Under the pieces are notes generated by a model that searched no databases, was not told the DNA's origin, and worked only from the letters and a program-made list of their open reading frames with translations. From Octopus sinensis (Eukaryota): DNA of 64,000 nt. Shown piece by piece: positions 13,804 through 25,508 of this stretch; position 1 is the stretch's first letter, and each line of letters starts with the position of its first letter. The DNA is taken from positions 186,001 through 250,000 of the forward strand of contig NW_021832375.1 of NCBI RefSeq assembly GCF_006345805.1. The letters are read 5' to 3'. The position numbers were made by a program, and so were the translations under genes.

Positions 13804-15067
13804 GTGGAGTGGTGGAAGCAGTGTTAGGGCAGTCGACGGAAGAGAAGTGCACTGCGAAGTGCACGTGGAGTGGAGGAAGCAGTGTTAGGGCATGCGAGGG
13901 ACCGGTATCCTGTCCAGGTAGGGAACCTATACGCCAATGAAAGAGGGAAACCGACCCTCATGAGCCAGGCATGACTCGAGAAGGAACAAAAAATAGTGTT
14001 TAAGCAGAATATCGAACATCTAATGAAGAATTTATTTTGCTTTACTATAAAAAAAAATCTCTTAAAAAGATCTTCAAACAGTTTAATAGCAACAGACAAT
14101 AGTTTTTATATTCATTTAAATACTTACCATGTTTATAAGTATATTTTCTTGACACACGAATGATTATAACTTGAGGAAGCAGTATTTCGTTTCCATCATC
14201 TTTATTATTTAACCTCACATTCTTTACTTTCTCACTATTTATAATAAAATATATTATTGAATGTATTGCGAGTGAGGTATATGTTTCTGGTTGGAACACC
14301 CAGGTTTTCTCTCCTGAAATGGCCTGGTTAACAGTTCATCCGGGTACAGGAATGCTACAGGAAACCTTGTCACTATGTTATGCTACCAACCAGCATGTTA
14401 GATTGGGTGCTTAAGAACTCAAAGGTGCATAAAACAACCTCACAAACATCAAAAACAAGCTGAAGATGTCTGTTACTTCACCCTAGTCTTCAGATGTCTG
14501 GGTACGCCCCCTGGCGCACACATTCCCTAGCCTCTAATCACCGAGAAAGGTTGAAAGAGACTGAAGAGTTTTCAAACCAAATCTCACGAAAAAAAAAAAA
14601 AAACGTCAACGATATTGTGACGTCATAAACACAATATGGAAACAATTATATTACTTTGGATTAGAAAGTAGATGCTTCAATCTCATTCTCTGTCTGTCTT
14701 TCTGTCGCGCGCGCGCGCACACACTCACAAACACACACGCAAATGCACACACACACACACATACACACAATTATTCAAATTTATTCAATACACACATATG
14801 ACATGTGTATGCGTTTGTGAGTATGTATGTATGTATGTATGTATGTATGTAGGTATGGGTGTGTATGTATGTATGTATGTAGGTATGGGTGTGTATGCAT
14901 GTATGTATGTAGGTATGGGTGTGTATGTATGTATGTGTGTATATACATGTATGTATGTATCTATGTGTGTATACATATATAAATATATAATACATATGCA
15001 TATGTATGCATATATTATTGTTATAGACATACTCATATACGCACATACATACATGCATACATACATA

Positions 15068-15395
15068 CATACATACAGGAATAGACTTCGTAGTCATAAA
15101 ACGAGACAGATGAGTGACAACCTGGCCGCTGGTGGTGGTGTAACACACCATACTAATCATATCTGTCGGGCATGTGGAAGGGAGTGTAATTCGGCAGGAG
15201 GACTTAAAGGACATGCAAAGGTACATGAAGCCCAGTTGCAACTACAGCCGGCTTTTTACCGGTAAAGGTTTTAGTTGCCAATTCTGTACAAGACATTGTA
15301 GATCTTTGGCTGGGCTAAAAAGTCACATTCGATCACAGCACCAATAACAGTTAAGCTTCGTGCAATGGCCATACGCGATAACGAGGGGGCAGCCA
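15068..15395 (+). mobile_element. 3' end of an RTE-like LINE with C-terminal C2H2 zinc finger
   Basis: HICRACGRECNSAGGLKGHAKVH followed by a short 3' UTR running into (TATG)n. Confidence 0.55.
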
Positions 15396-15926
15396 TATGT
15401 ATGTATGTGTGTATGTATGTATGTATGTATGTATGTATGTATGTATGTATGTATGTATGTATGTATGTATGTATGTATGTATGCATGCATACACGTATGC
15501 ATGTATGTTTGTGTGTGTGTGTGCGTATATGAGTATGTCTATAGCATAATAATATATGCATACATATACATATGTATTATATATTTATATATGTATACAC
15601 ACATAAATACATACATACATGTATATATATATACACACACACATACATACATACGTACGTACGTACGTAAGTACGTACATAGAACATACATAAACACACA
15701 CACACACATTTGTATACGTGCAATTATGTCACGCGAGAATCCTGTTCTTAACCCAGGATCAGTGCAATCCGCTGCATGTTTTTGTCGCCGACAACTGAAC
15801 TTGTGATTCTACCAGTTTAGTTGTCGGTGAGGGGGGTGATTTTCGACAACCGGCAAGACCATCCCCCACAGAGTCCCCTCCTCAAGAACTATGAACGGAC
15901 CAATAGAATCATGGTAATCCAATAAT

Positions 15927-16894
15927 TATTTCTTTACTACCCACAAGGGGCTAAACACAGAGAGGACAAACAAGGACAGACAAACTGATTAAGTCGATTA
16001 TATCGACCCCAGTGCGTAACTGGTACTTATTTAATTGACCCCGAAAGGATGAAAGGCAAAGTCGACCTCGGCGGAATTTGAACTCAGAACGTAGCGGCGG
16101 ATGAAATACCTATTTCTTTACTACACCCAAGGGGCTAAACACAGAGGGGACAAACAAGGATAGACAAACGGATTAAGTCGATTATATCGACCCCAGTGCG
16201 TAACTGGTACTTATTTAATTGACCCCGAAAGGATGAAAGGCAAAGTCGACCTCGGCGGAATTTGAACTCAGAACGTAGCGGCGGATGAATACCTATTTCT
16301 TTACTACACCCAAGGGGCTAAACACAGAGGGGACAAACAAGGACAGACAAACGGATTAAGTCGATTATATCGACCCCAGTGCGTAACTGGTACTTATTTA
16401 ATTGACCCCGAAAGGATGAAAGGCAAAGTCGACCTCGGCGGAATTTGAACTCAGAACGTAGCGGCGGATGAAATACCTATTTCTTTACTACACCCAAGGG
16501 GCTAAACACAGAGGGGACAAACAAGGACAGACAAACGGATTAAGTCGATTATATCGACCCCAGTGCGTAACTGGTACTTATTTAATTGACCCCGAAAGGA
16601 TGAAAGGCAAAGTCGACCTCGGCGGAATTTGAACTCAGAACGTAGCGGCGGATGAAATACCTATTTCTTTACTACACCCAAGGGGCTAAACACAGAGGGG
16701 ACAAACAAGGACAGACAAACGGATTAAGTCGATTATATCGACCCCAGTGCGTAACTGGTACTTATTTAATTGACCCCGAATGGATGAAAGGCAAAGTCGA
16801 CCTCGGCGGAATTTGAACTCAGAACGCAGCGGCGGACGAAATACCGCAAGGCACTTTGGCCGGCGTGCTAACGTTCCTGCCAGCTCGCCGCCTT
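15927..16894 (-). mobile_element. SINE family 2 (AAGGCGGCGAGCTGGC head) pentamer: one head plus five ~184-bp bodies
   Basis: Units start at 15927, 16111, 16294, 16478 and 16662. A 16-bp TSD ATGGTAATCCAATAAT lies at 15911-15926 and 16895-16910. Confidence 0.95.
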
Positions 16895-18045
16895 ATGGTA
16901 ATCCAATAATACTGGGGTACTACGCATATGGGGGTCGGCAAAATATTGCCAGTTGTGGGGTTTCAGATGCATGGCTTGAGTGGTAGGCAGAGGAAGAGTG
17001 GCTGTTCTCAATATTGAACGAGAATGGTTAATTTGGAGAGCTTTTGCTGTTGTGTTCCTTCATTTCATCCACTCATCTTTATCTTCTCATCTCTTTTTGT
17101 TTTAAACAGCTGCTCGCTCATCATTAAATTTGATCAAATAAACACACTACACGTGTGTGTGTGTGTGGTGTGTGTGTGTGTGTGTGTGTGTGACTGCGTT
17201 TGTATCAGTGATTTTGTGTCTGAGAGCGTATGTATTTAAGTCTGTGGATTGTGCGTGTATGTGTATGCGTGTGCATGTTTGTATGTGTGTTTGTGTGTGT
17301 GTGTGTATGTATGTGTGTGTTTGTGTGTGTGTGTGTATGTATGTGTGTGTTTGTGTGTGTGTGTGTATGTATGTGTGTGTTTGTGTGTATGTGTGTGTAT
17401 GTGTGTGTATGTTTGTGTGTATTTGTTTGTGCGTGTGTGTATGTGTGTGTGTGTGTGTGATAGCTTGCAGATTCATCTTCATGGTAAGTGTTCCGTCAAA
17501 TATTGCAAGACCTTCCCAGGTGGTAACACTTAGCAGTTGCGGTCGTGCTGTGTGTCATCGCTTCAGATTTGCAACAAGGGAAATAAATACGCTCTCAAGA
17601 AAAGAGTAATGTCCCTTGATTATAATATATTCTATTTTATTCTCGGCTTAAGATTTATTATCAAAGATGTACCTAGTGTGAATATATCGCTTTCTAGGGC
17701 TACACTGAAAAGCAATGCTCGTGTTTTCGATATTCTGCGTTTATTGTATCATCTGTAGCAGTAGCATTTCCTTAGGCTGCTGAAATTTTTAAAATTTCGT
17801 TTTATTTTATTTTTTAAGCGATTTGTTGAACCTTGCTTAGATTTTTTTTCTGAGTTGTTGCTTATTTTGTAATAATTATTTTTCACTGGAGTATTTGACA
17901 CACACACACACACACACACGCGCGCACACACAGAAAGTTGGCAGAAGAAAAATGAAGGCGACAGCAAAATCTTACATCCTTTCAGGTAAAAAAAAGAACT
18001 GGCTGTAACTGACAAGAAGTGCATCTATACTGACTCTAAGTTCTA

Positions 18046-18091
<46 letters not shown>

Positions 18092-18660
18092 AGGAGAGAG
18101 AGAGCGGGAAAGAGAGGTTCACACTGTTGGAGAACATCATTATTAATAGCTGCTTCCATTACCTCAGAGATGTTAGAATGGTTAACAATACATCGGTAGT
18201 TGGCTGGGTCGAAGGAACTACCAGGGGAGACTATCTACCTTGAATTAATAAACAACAGTTATTTCCCTTGGAAAAAAATTTCCAACTGGATTCTATTCTG
18301 GAATGAACATAGACTACAACATAAGATTACACGTACTGATGTTAGATGTGGAGTTGTTGCAACGGAGTCATATCGACAGAGTATATTACTGGTACTTTTA
18401 ATTTTTGTTCCAGGTTGGATCTGAATTCAGTATCTAAAGAGAAGTCACTTAATACAGCATGACACTTTATGCCCCATGGGCCACCGTCATTTTCATTTCA
18501 AACATAGCTACAATAACAAAACTTTGAGATATGAATAGTAAATCGACCCGCGCGTAGTTCTTGAATATCCTAATTTTTTAGAACCTGGAAAGAACCATTA
18601 AAGGCGATATTTTCTTAAACAAAATTTGATATACTCTAATAAAGCTAATTTATTTTTATA

Positions 18661-18720
18661 TAGTAGTTTGGATTCATGGCTCTCACCCAGGCGGTACGGG
18701 TTCGATTCCAGGCATGGGAA
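18661..18720 (+). pseudogene. tRNA-Glu(CTC)-derived pseudogene lacking the 5' acceptor strand
   Basis: Anticodon arm CATGG-CTCTCAC-CCAGG (CTC at 18682-18684), T-loop GGTTCGATTCC, 3' GGGAA, and a T7 run at 18724-18730. Confidence 0.75.
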
Positions 18721-18733
18721 CACTTTTTTTATT

Positions 18734-19125
18734 GGTGCAGGAGTGGCTGTGTGGTAAGTAGCTTGCTTACCAGCCACATGGTTCCGGGTTCAGTCCCACT
18801 GCGTGGCACTTTAGGCAAGTGTCTTCTACTATATATTTCTTTACGAGGGGCTAAACACAGAGGGGACAAACAAGGACAGACAAACGGATTAAGTCGATTA
18901 CATCGACCCCAGTGCGAAACTGGTACTTTATTTATCGTACCCGAAAGGATGAAAGGCAAAGTCGACCTCGGCGGAATTTGAACTCAGAACGTAACGACAG
19001 ACGAAATACCGATAAGCATTTTGCCCGGCGCGCTAACGTTTCTGCCAGCTCGCCGCCTTAAGTGTCTTCTACTATAGCCTCGAGTCAACCAAAGCCTTGT
19101 GAGTGGAGTGGTAGACGGAAAGCAA
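18734..19125 (+). mobile_element. SINE family 1 (GGCGCAGGAGTGGCTGTGTGG head) 5' part, interrupted by a family-2 SINE
   Basis: tRNA-like head. A 17-bp TSD AAGTGTCTTCTACTATA at 18817-18833 and 19060-19076 flanks the inserted SINE. Confidence 0.9.
18834..19059 (-). mobile_element. SINE family 2 monomer
   Basis: Full head, GAGGTCGACTTTGCCTTTCATCCTTTCGGG body and AAAGAAATA tail, with TSD. Confidence 0.95.
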
Positions 19126-19567
19126 GAGACACGAAAGCTCTTATAACAGAAAAAGGAAGTGAAAGTTTCCAAAGGTTATGCTTTTCTAATATATATTCAC
19201 AATATATGCCAGAGGTCTCCAACTATTGTACCAAGTTATCAACACACACTGCAGACATATCACTCACGCGTTCGGAAGTTCGCTGAAGGAGCAGCATATT
19301 CAACAAAATTTCAAAAATTGCTCTCTTCATCCTAAAGGTACATTAGAGACCTCATCTATATCCATGCTCCCTACCCGCCCCTTATTGAAATTTAAGTCGG
19401 AGGATGTGTAATAAACAAGCGAAGGAAGGGCACGGACGACTCCAAGCGTTGTAGAGACAAGCATTGGCCTAAAGAATCAAATTTATAAATTAGCTACGAA
19501 TTAAAAAAATAAAAAAAATATTCTTATTGTCTTCTTGCTTCAATATATCAACACTTGTTAAAAAGTA

Positions 19568-19739
19568 CCGTAAATCCTCGAGTATAATCCGCATTTCCCC
19601 CCCCCCCCAAAAAAAAATTTAAAGGTCAAAAGAGAAGTGGTGCGTATTATACACAAGGTTTAGGGTTTTCAGATGTATAGGCCCCTAAAAATCCCCTGCG
19701 TATTATACTCAAGGGCGGACTATACTTGAGGATTTACGG
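19568..19739. mobile_element. CCGTA-terminated Tc1/mariner-pogo-type MITE, internally deleted copy
   Basis: TIRs CCGTAAATCCTCGAGTATAATCCGC / GCGGACTATACTTGAGGATTTACGG. Both ends match the copy at 26512-27033. Confidence 0.8.
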
Positions 19740-20102
19740 CAATAGTTCACAGAAAATACGAAGATAAAACATTGAATATACTTTGAAAAACTTTAAGCAG
19801 ATTTTGTGACGTATTTGTAAAATGATGAATATGCCTTTCCTAAATCATACATATATACATAGATACATAGGTTAACAACTCACATGTTAATTCTACGTTC
19901 TTGCTGAAATTAAGTGGACTCTCACTTGCCGGGATCTAAGAACCGGAGACGCAGACAATAACAACGATGCTGCTAGGCAGTTGCCATTTGCTTATCAATC
20001 AGTCAGATGTCTTCTGGATTTGGCATAATTATTGCTTTACCTGGGTGTATTGGGCTCTGTATATTCCTATATATCAAGAAATAGCTGGTAGGATGGACAT
20101 AC

Positions 20103-21656
20103 TCTCTTTACTCTTTTACTTGTTTCAGTCATTTGACTGCGGCCATGCTGGAGCACCGCCTTTTAGTCGAGCAAATCGACACCAGGACTTATTCTTTGTA
20201 AGCCTAGTACTTATTCTATCGGTCTCTTTTGTCGAACCGCTAAGTTACGAGGACGTAAACACACCAGCATCGGTTGTCAAGCAATGGTGGGAGGGACAAA
20301 CACACACACACACACACACACATACGTCGGGTTTCTTTCAGTTTCCGTCTACCCAATCCACTCACAAGGCTTTGGTCGGCTCGAGGCTATAGTAGAAGAC
20401 ACTTGCCCAAGGTGCCACGCAGTGGGACTGAACCAGGAACCATGTGGTTGGTAAGCAAGCTACTTTATTTTATCGAATTTGCCATAAAGGCAGTACATAG
20501 AGTAATGTAGCTTGCGGGCTGGACAAGGACATTAATGAGGTGAATGATAATGATACAAGTATAAGAACGGGAGAAGACGAAAAGCGCCCGCCGACTTTTG
20601 CTTCTCTAAAACATTGTTCTTTTAAAAACAGACACATATTGAGGTAATAACCCTCTTACAATTTGCAATATTTCTACTATTTTTGGACTAAGAAGTCCAT
20701 TACAATTTAAAACACAAATACGATACATATTGAGGCGATGAACCCCTTACCTCATGTCCCCGATTAATTCTCTTGCGACCTGCAGGCATTCCTGCATCCG
20801 CAAATCGGGGTACCAAGAAAATATTCTATAATCCTCCTTTGGGAAGGAGTCTGGTGTGTGAAATAAATCCTCTTTTTCCTGTAGCAGAGCAGCCACCTGC
20901 GGAGGCCACTCTGGTCTGTCCATGCAAGTCGGTTCTATTAGATCTCGACTCTGAAGGATATTTTCCACATAATTATCAATGGCCCCTCCACTGTGATAGA
21001 AGAACACATATCTTTCCACACCTGCATCGGGAGGGGCCTCCACTCCCTCGGTCGGTGGCACACATCGTACCAACGAGGTTTCCATCTTCTCTCCCTCCGG
21101 TGACAATCCCACCAAAGGGGTTTCGAGGCATGCCGCCGCCGGTGATGCCCCGTTTTTCTTTTTTCTTTTCCTTTTTTCACGCCGCCTCGAGATCCATCGG
21201 TGGGCAACCATTATTGCCCACCTTCTTTCTTTTTGTTCCTTCTTTCAAGGGGGTTGCCTCCTCCTCGACTCTCTCCCTCTCTCCCTCTCTCCCTCCAATG
21301 AAGGGGCAGGGGGCTCCGTTGGGGGACCAGGGAGTTCTTCATCGATTAACTGTTTCAGGACCTTTGCCTGGTCCCGGCGACAGTTTTTCCTTATGTGTAC
21401 TGATTCCAGGCACAGTTGACAATGGGGGGGGGGCATCCCTCAACCATCACCGGTTACTTGGAACCGGCCATTGTTAAAAAATCTGGTAAAACCAGATCTT
21501 TTGCTGATTGGGTCCATAGGGTCAATTTTTCACGAAAGACATGACTTCTTCAGTGTGCAACACAATCGCACATGCGCACACCGACAACAAAGAATCATGG
21601 GAAGTCTCAAAGCCTCATGGGAAGCGAGCTACTTACCACACAGCCACTCCTGCGCC
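20103..21656 (-). mobile_element. SINE family 1 split by the ORF1-only element C
   Basis: Body at 20103-20465. The missing head ACCACACAGCCACTCCTGCGCC lies at 21635-21656. AAGC(A/G)AGCTACTT is duplicated at 20453-20465 and 21622-21634. Confidence 0.85.
20466..21621 (-). mobile_element. 5'-truncated ORF1-only non-LTR element (member C) with gag-like zinc knuckle
   Basis: Frameshifted VTVMVEGCPPHCQLCLESVHIRKNC (CX2CX4HX4C). Stop at 20747-20749, ~280-nt 3' UTR, A-rich tail and a 13-bp TSD (12/13 identical). Confidence 0.75.
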
Positions 21657-21894
21657 TATGGGCATGGGAACCTTTTTCGAGAAGCAGATGACATGAGACA
21701 TGGTTCCTCATCTGGTGGGCAGCATTACTAAAAAAAGAAAGTTTCAAAGTACATTTTTTATTGTTTGTTAGGCATGCTATTCAGAGAGCCTTTCAGGCAG
21801 AGTCGATCCTCAAGTTCAACATTTCACTCCATTTTTGTTAATCTGAAGTAACGACAAAAGTGAAAGGGAAGTGTGAAACTCAAGGATCGATTTA

Positions 21895-21933
21895 CACGTA
21901 CACACACAAGCACACAAACATGGATAAGCACAT

Positions 21934-21969
<36 letters not shown>

Positions 21970-21993
21970 GCACACAAACATGGATAAGCACAT

Positions 21994-22025
<32 letters not shown>

Positions 22026-22049
22026 GCACACAAACATGGATAAGCACAT

Positions 22050-22090
<41 letters not shown>

Positions 22091-22118
22091 TGGATAAGCA
22101 CACACACACACACACACA
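21895..22118. repeat. Minisatellite: (CA)n alternating with AGCACACAAACATGGATAAGCACATG, four copies
   Basis: Seen directly. Confidence 0.9.
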
Positions 22119-22122
22119 AACT

Positions 22123-22341
22123 CTACATCTCTGGAAAATGAAAGAGCCACGCTGCGCGATAAAACCCGATTCTTATTAACGACGAAGCGAACTTCTGCTC
22201 CACATCTCCGTATATGCACCTATTTACTTCTCTCACCATTTGTCCAGACATTTCTAAGTACAAAAAAGATATAAAAATAAAAGAAACAACAAGTAAAAGA
22301 TATATATAACACTTTGAACGGGAAATCCTCGACGACGACAT
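22123..22341 (-). CDS. Candidate first coding exon of a type II membrane protein
   Basis: MSSSRISRSK followed by a 19-aa hydrophobic stretch (CYIYLLLVVSFIFISFLYL) in non-repetitive DNA. The only donor seen is weak (GTAGAG). No family recognised. Confidence 0.3.
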   Translation of the reverse strand: MSSSRISRSKCYIYLLLVVSFIFISFLYLEMSGQMVREVNRCIYGDVEQKFASSLIRIGFYRAAWLFHFPEM

Positions 22342-22426
22342 TCAGACAAGCAGAGACGTGCTTTCCAGCTGACCACCCAGCATTAATAATTTTAGTAAGA
22401 AATTCAACAGCGTTATTATTTATCTT

Positions 22427-22810
22427 TTATTCTTTTACTTGTTTCAGTCATTAGATTACGGCCATGCTGGGGCATCGCCTTGAAAAATTTTCAGTCCAAT
22501 GAATTGACCCCTGTACTTATCTTTTTTTAAAGCCTGGCACTTTATCGGTGTCTTTTGCCAAACTGCTAGCTATGGGGACATACACCACCACCGGTTATCA
22601 AGCAGTGGTGGGGGACAAACACAGACACAAAGAAACCACACACACACACATATATATACGACGGGCTTCCTTCCGTTTTCATCCACCAAATCCACTCATA
22701 AGGCTTTGGTTGGCCTGAGGCTATAGGAGAAGACACTTGCTCAAGATGCCACTCAGTAGGACTGAACCCAAAACCATGTGGTTGGGAAGCAAACTTCTTA
22801 CCACACAGCC
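22427..22810 (-). mobile_element. SINE family 1, diverged
   Basis: CTTTTACTTGTTTCAGTCA tail through to CTTACCACACAGCC head. Confidence 0.85.
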
Positions 22811-22815
22811 ATTCC

Positions 22816-22891
<76 letters not shown>

Positions 22892-22952
22892 ATATATATA
22901 TATGTATGTATATATATATGTATATATGTGTATGTATGTATGTATGTATGTA

Positions 22953-22987
<35 letters not shown>

Positions 22988-22991
<4 letters not shown>

Positions 22992-23140
22992 GCTTCTTTC
23001 AGTTTCCGTCTACCAAATCCACTCACAAGGCTTTGGTCGGTCCGATGCTATATCAGAAGACACTTGCCCAAGGTGCCACACAGTGGGACTGAACCCGGAA
23101 CCATGTGGTTGGTAAGCAAGCTACTTACCACACAGCCACT
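22988..23140 (-). mobile_element. SINE family 1, 5' fragment
   Basis: Head and body up to the internal microsatellite. Confidence 0.85.
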
Positions 23141-23484
23141 CTGTTCTTTACCTATTAGTTGCTGTCTGTTTTGTGGGGATCTCAGAAAATTCGCGGAGAA
23201 TTCTAAGACATTTCTTCGTTTTATCAACGAAAACATTAATTTTTCTGCGTAGAGAGAAAAAAATATATATTTAAAATATATTCGGAATAAAATTTATCTA
23301 TAAAATGTAAAATATGAGTATGGAATAACAGAATAGTTAAACATTCTTTTCTCTTTTTCAGTATTCGTTCAATAATTACATTTTATACTGCAAGTGATGG
23401 TCAGTAATGGTTGATATCAACTGTAAAACCTCTGTCAATGGTGCAACAAGTAATCACAAGCAAGATGTTATCTCTCTCTATATA

Positions 23485-24145
23485 TATTTCTTTACTACCC
23501 GAAAGGATGAAAGGCAAAGTCGACTTCGGCGGAATTTGAACTCAGAACGTAGCGGCAGACGAAATACCTATTTCTTTACTACCCAGAAGGGGCTAAACAC
23601 AGAGGGGACAAACGAGGACAGACAAACGGATTAAGTCGATAATATCGACCCCAGTGCGTAACTGGTACTTATTTAATCGATCCCGAAAGGATGAAAGGCA
23701 AAGTCGACCTCGGCGGAATTCGAACTCAGAACGTAACGGCAGACGAAATACCTATTTCTTTACTACTCAGAAGGGGCTAAACACAGAGTGGACAAACGGA
23801 TTGAGTTGATAATATCGACCCCAGTGCGTAACTGGTACTTATTTAATCGATCCCGAAAGGATGAAAAGCAAAGTCGACCTCGGCGGAATTCGAACTCAGA
23901 ACGTAACGGCAGACGAAATACCTATTTCTTTACTACCCAGAAGGGGCTAAACACAGAGGGGACAAACGAGGACAGACAAACGGATTAAGTCGATAATATC
24001 GACCCCAGTGCGTAACTGGTACTTATTTAATCGACCCCGAAAGGATGAAAGGCAAAGTCGACCTCGGCAGAATTTGAACTCAGAACGTAGCGACAGACGA
24101 AATACCGCTAAGCATTTCGCCCGGCTTGCTAACGTTTCTGCCAGC
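23485..24145 (-). mobile_element. SINE family 2 tetramer (two units carry internal deletions)
   Basis: GAAATACCTATTTC junctions at 23561, 23745 and 23915. Confidence 0.92.
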
Positions 24146-24159
24146 CTGTTCACTGGATG

Positions 24160-24915
24160 CTCCTTGCTAACACCCCATCCCCATCCAGCCTATGGATCAA
24201 GGCGTGATCCGTTCCTTCAAAGCACTTTATACTCGGAACTCCCTCCAACACGTTGTGGACGCAATAGATTCGGACGAGAATTTCAAGTTGAAGGAGTACT
24301 GGCGTAACTTCCCGATCGCAACGTACTCGTCAGTCATACATGCTGCTTTTAAAGACATGAAAAAAGAAACCCACATCGCATGCTAGAAGAAGGTGTGGAC
24401 AGAGTGTGTCCAGGACTACGCGGACTTCTCACCTGAAGATATTCAGCACGAGGCTGTCAACAATGCGGCCAAACTGGCAAAGGTACTTGGAGGTGAATGT
24501 TTTGATGACATCCCGCAAGATGAGGTCAACAATCTCATCGATGCCCACTCTGAAACGCTGACAGACGAAGATTTGTTGGAATTAACTAAGTCTGCCAGCG
24601 AAGCACCAGATCCAGAGGAAGAGGAGGAGGCGGTGGTGGACCTGAGAATCGAACGTCTAACCGGCCTTTTAAGGACAGTAAAGGAATTGCAAGATAAGGC
24701 GGAAGCATGGAATCCCTATACGGTTCGGTCTCTCCAATTTAAAGATGCCATCGATGCTGCCACGCAAACATATAAAACTCTCCTCACCACCATGAAGAAA
24801 CAATGACAACAACTTCCCGTCATAATGTTCCTCAAGCCTGTCAAGGAAGCTTTGCACAAAGATGCGACATTCCCTAAAACACAAGAAGAAGAGGCGTCAC
24901 CTGAAGAGCTTTAGA
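24160..24915 (+). pseudogene. Tigger/pogo transposase C-terminal relic
   Basis: QPMDQGVIRSFKALY, KEYWRNF, ACxKKVW, HSETLTDEDLLEL, KKQxQQLP. In-frame stops at 24384-24386 and 24804-24806. Confidence 0.88.
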
Positions 24916-25037
24916 TTTTGCAGTCATTACCTTCATTATTTTCATCATCATCATCGTCGTCTTAAATCAATATTATTCATTATTGATGAGTAACCGGACA
25001 TTTTACTTTATTTTCTATTAAATTATTATTAAATATC

Positions 25038-25085
<48 letters not shown>

Positions 25086-25087
<2 letters not shown>

Positions 25088-25508
25088 CGCAGGAGTGGCT
25101 GTGAGGTAAGTAGCTTGCTTACCAACCACATGGTTCCGGGTTCAGTCCCACTGCGTGGCACTTTAGGCAAGTGTCTTCTACTATAGCCTCGGGCCGACCA
25201 AGGCCTTGTGAATGAATTTGGTAGACGGAAACTGAAAGAAGCCTGTCGTGCATATGTATATACATACATGTATATATATATACATATGTGTGTGTGTTTG
25301 TGTGTCTGTCTTTGTCCTCCCAACATCGCTTGACAACCGATGCTGGTGTGTTTATGTCCCCGTAACTCAGCGGTTCGGCAAAAGAGACCGATAAAATAAG
25401 TACTAGGCTTACAAAGAATAAGTCCTGGGGTCGATTTGCTCGACTAAAGGCGATGCTCCAGCATGGCCGCAGTCAAATGACTGAAACAAGTAAAAGAGTA
25501 AAAGAGCA
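25086..25508 (+). mobile_element. SINE family 1, full length
   Basis: Head, internal (AT)/(GT) tract, GGCGATGCTCCAGCATGGCCGCAGTCAAATGACTGAAAC and (AAAAGAGT)n tail. Confidence 0.95.

Noticed and set aside
13930-13990. Primer-binding site and 5' LTR for the Gypsy element
   Set aside because: A TGGCG occurs on the minus strand, but the adjacent sequence does not match the 3' LTR.
19967-20100. Hydrophobic short frame (MSSGFGIIIALPGCIGLCIFLYIKK) as the signal exon of the chitin-binding gene
   Set aside because: It ends in a stop, and there is no compatible phase-1 donor.
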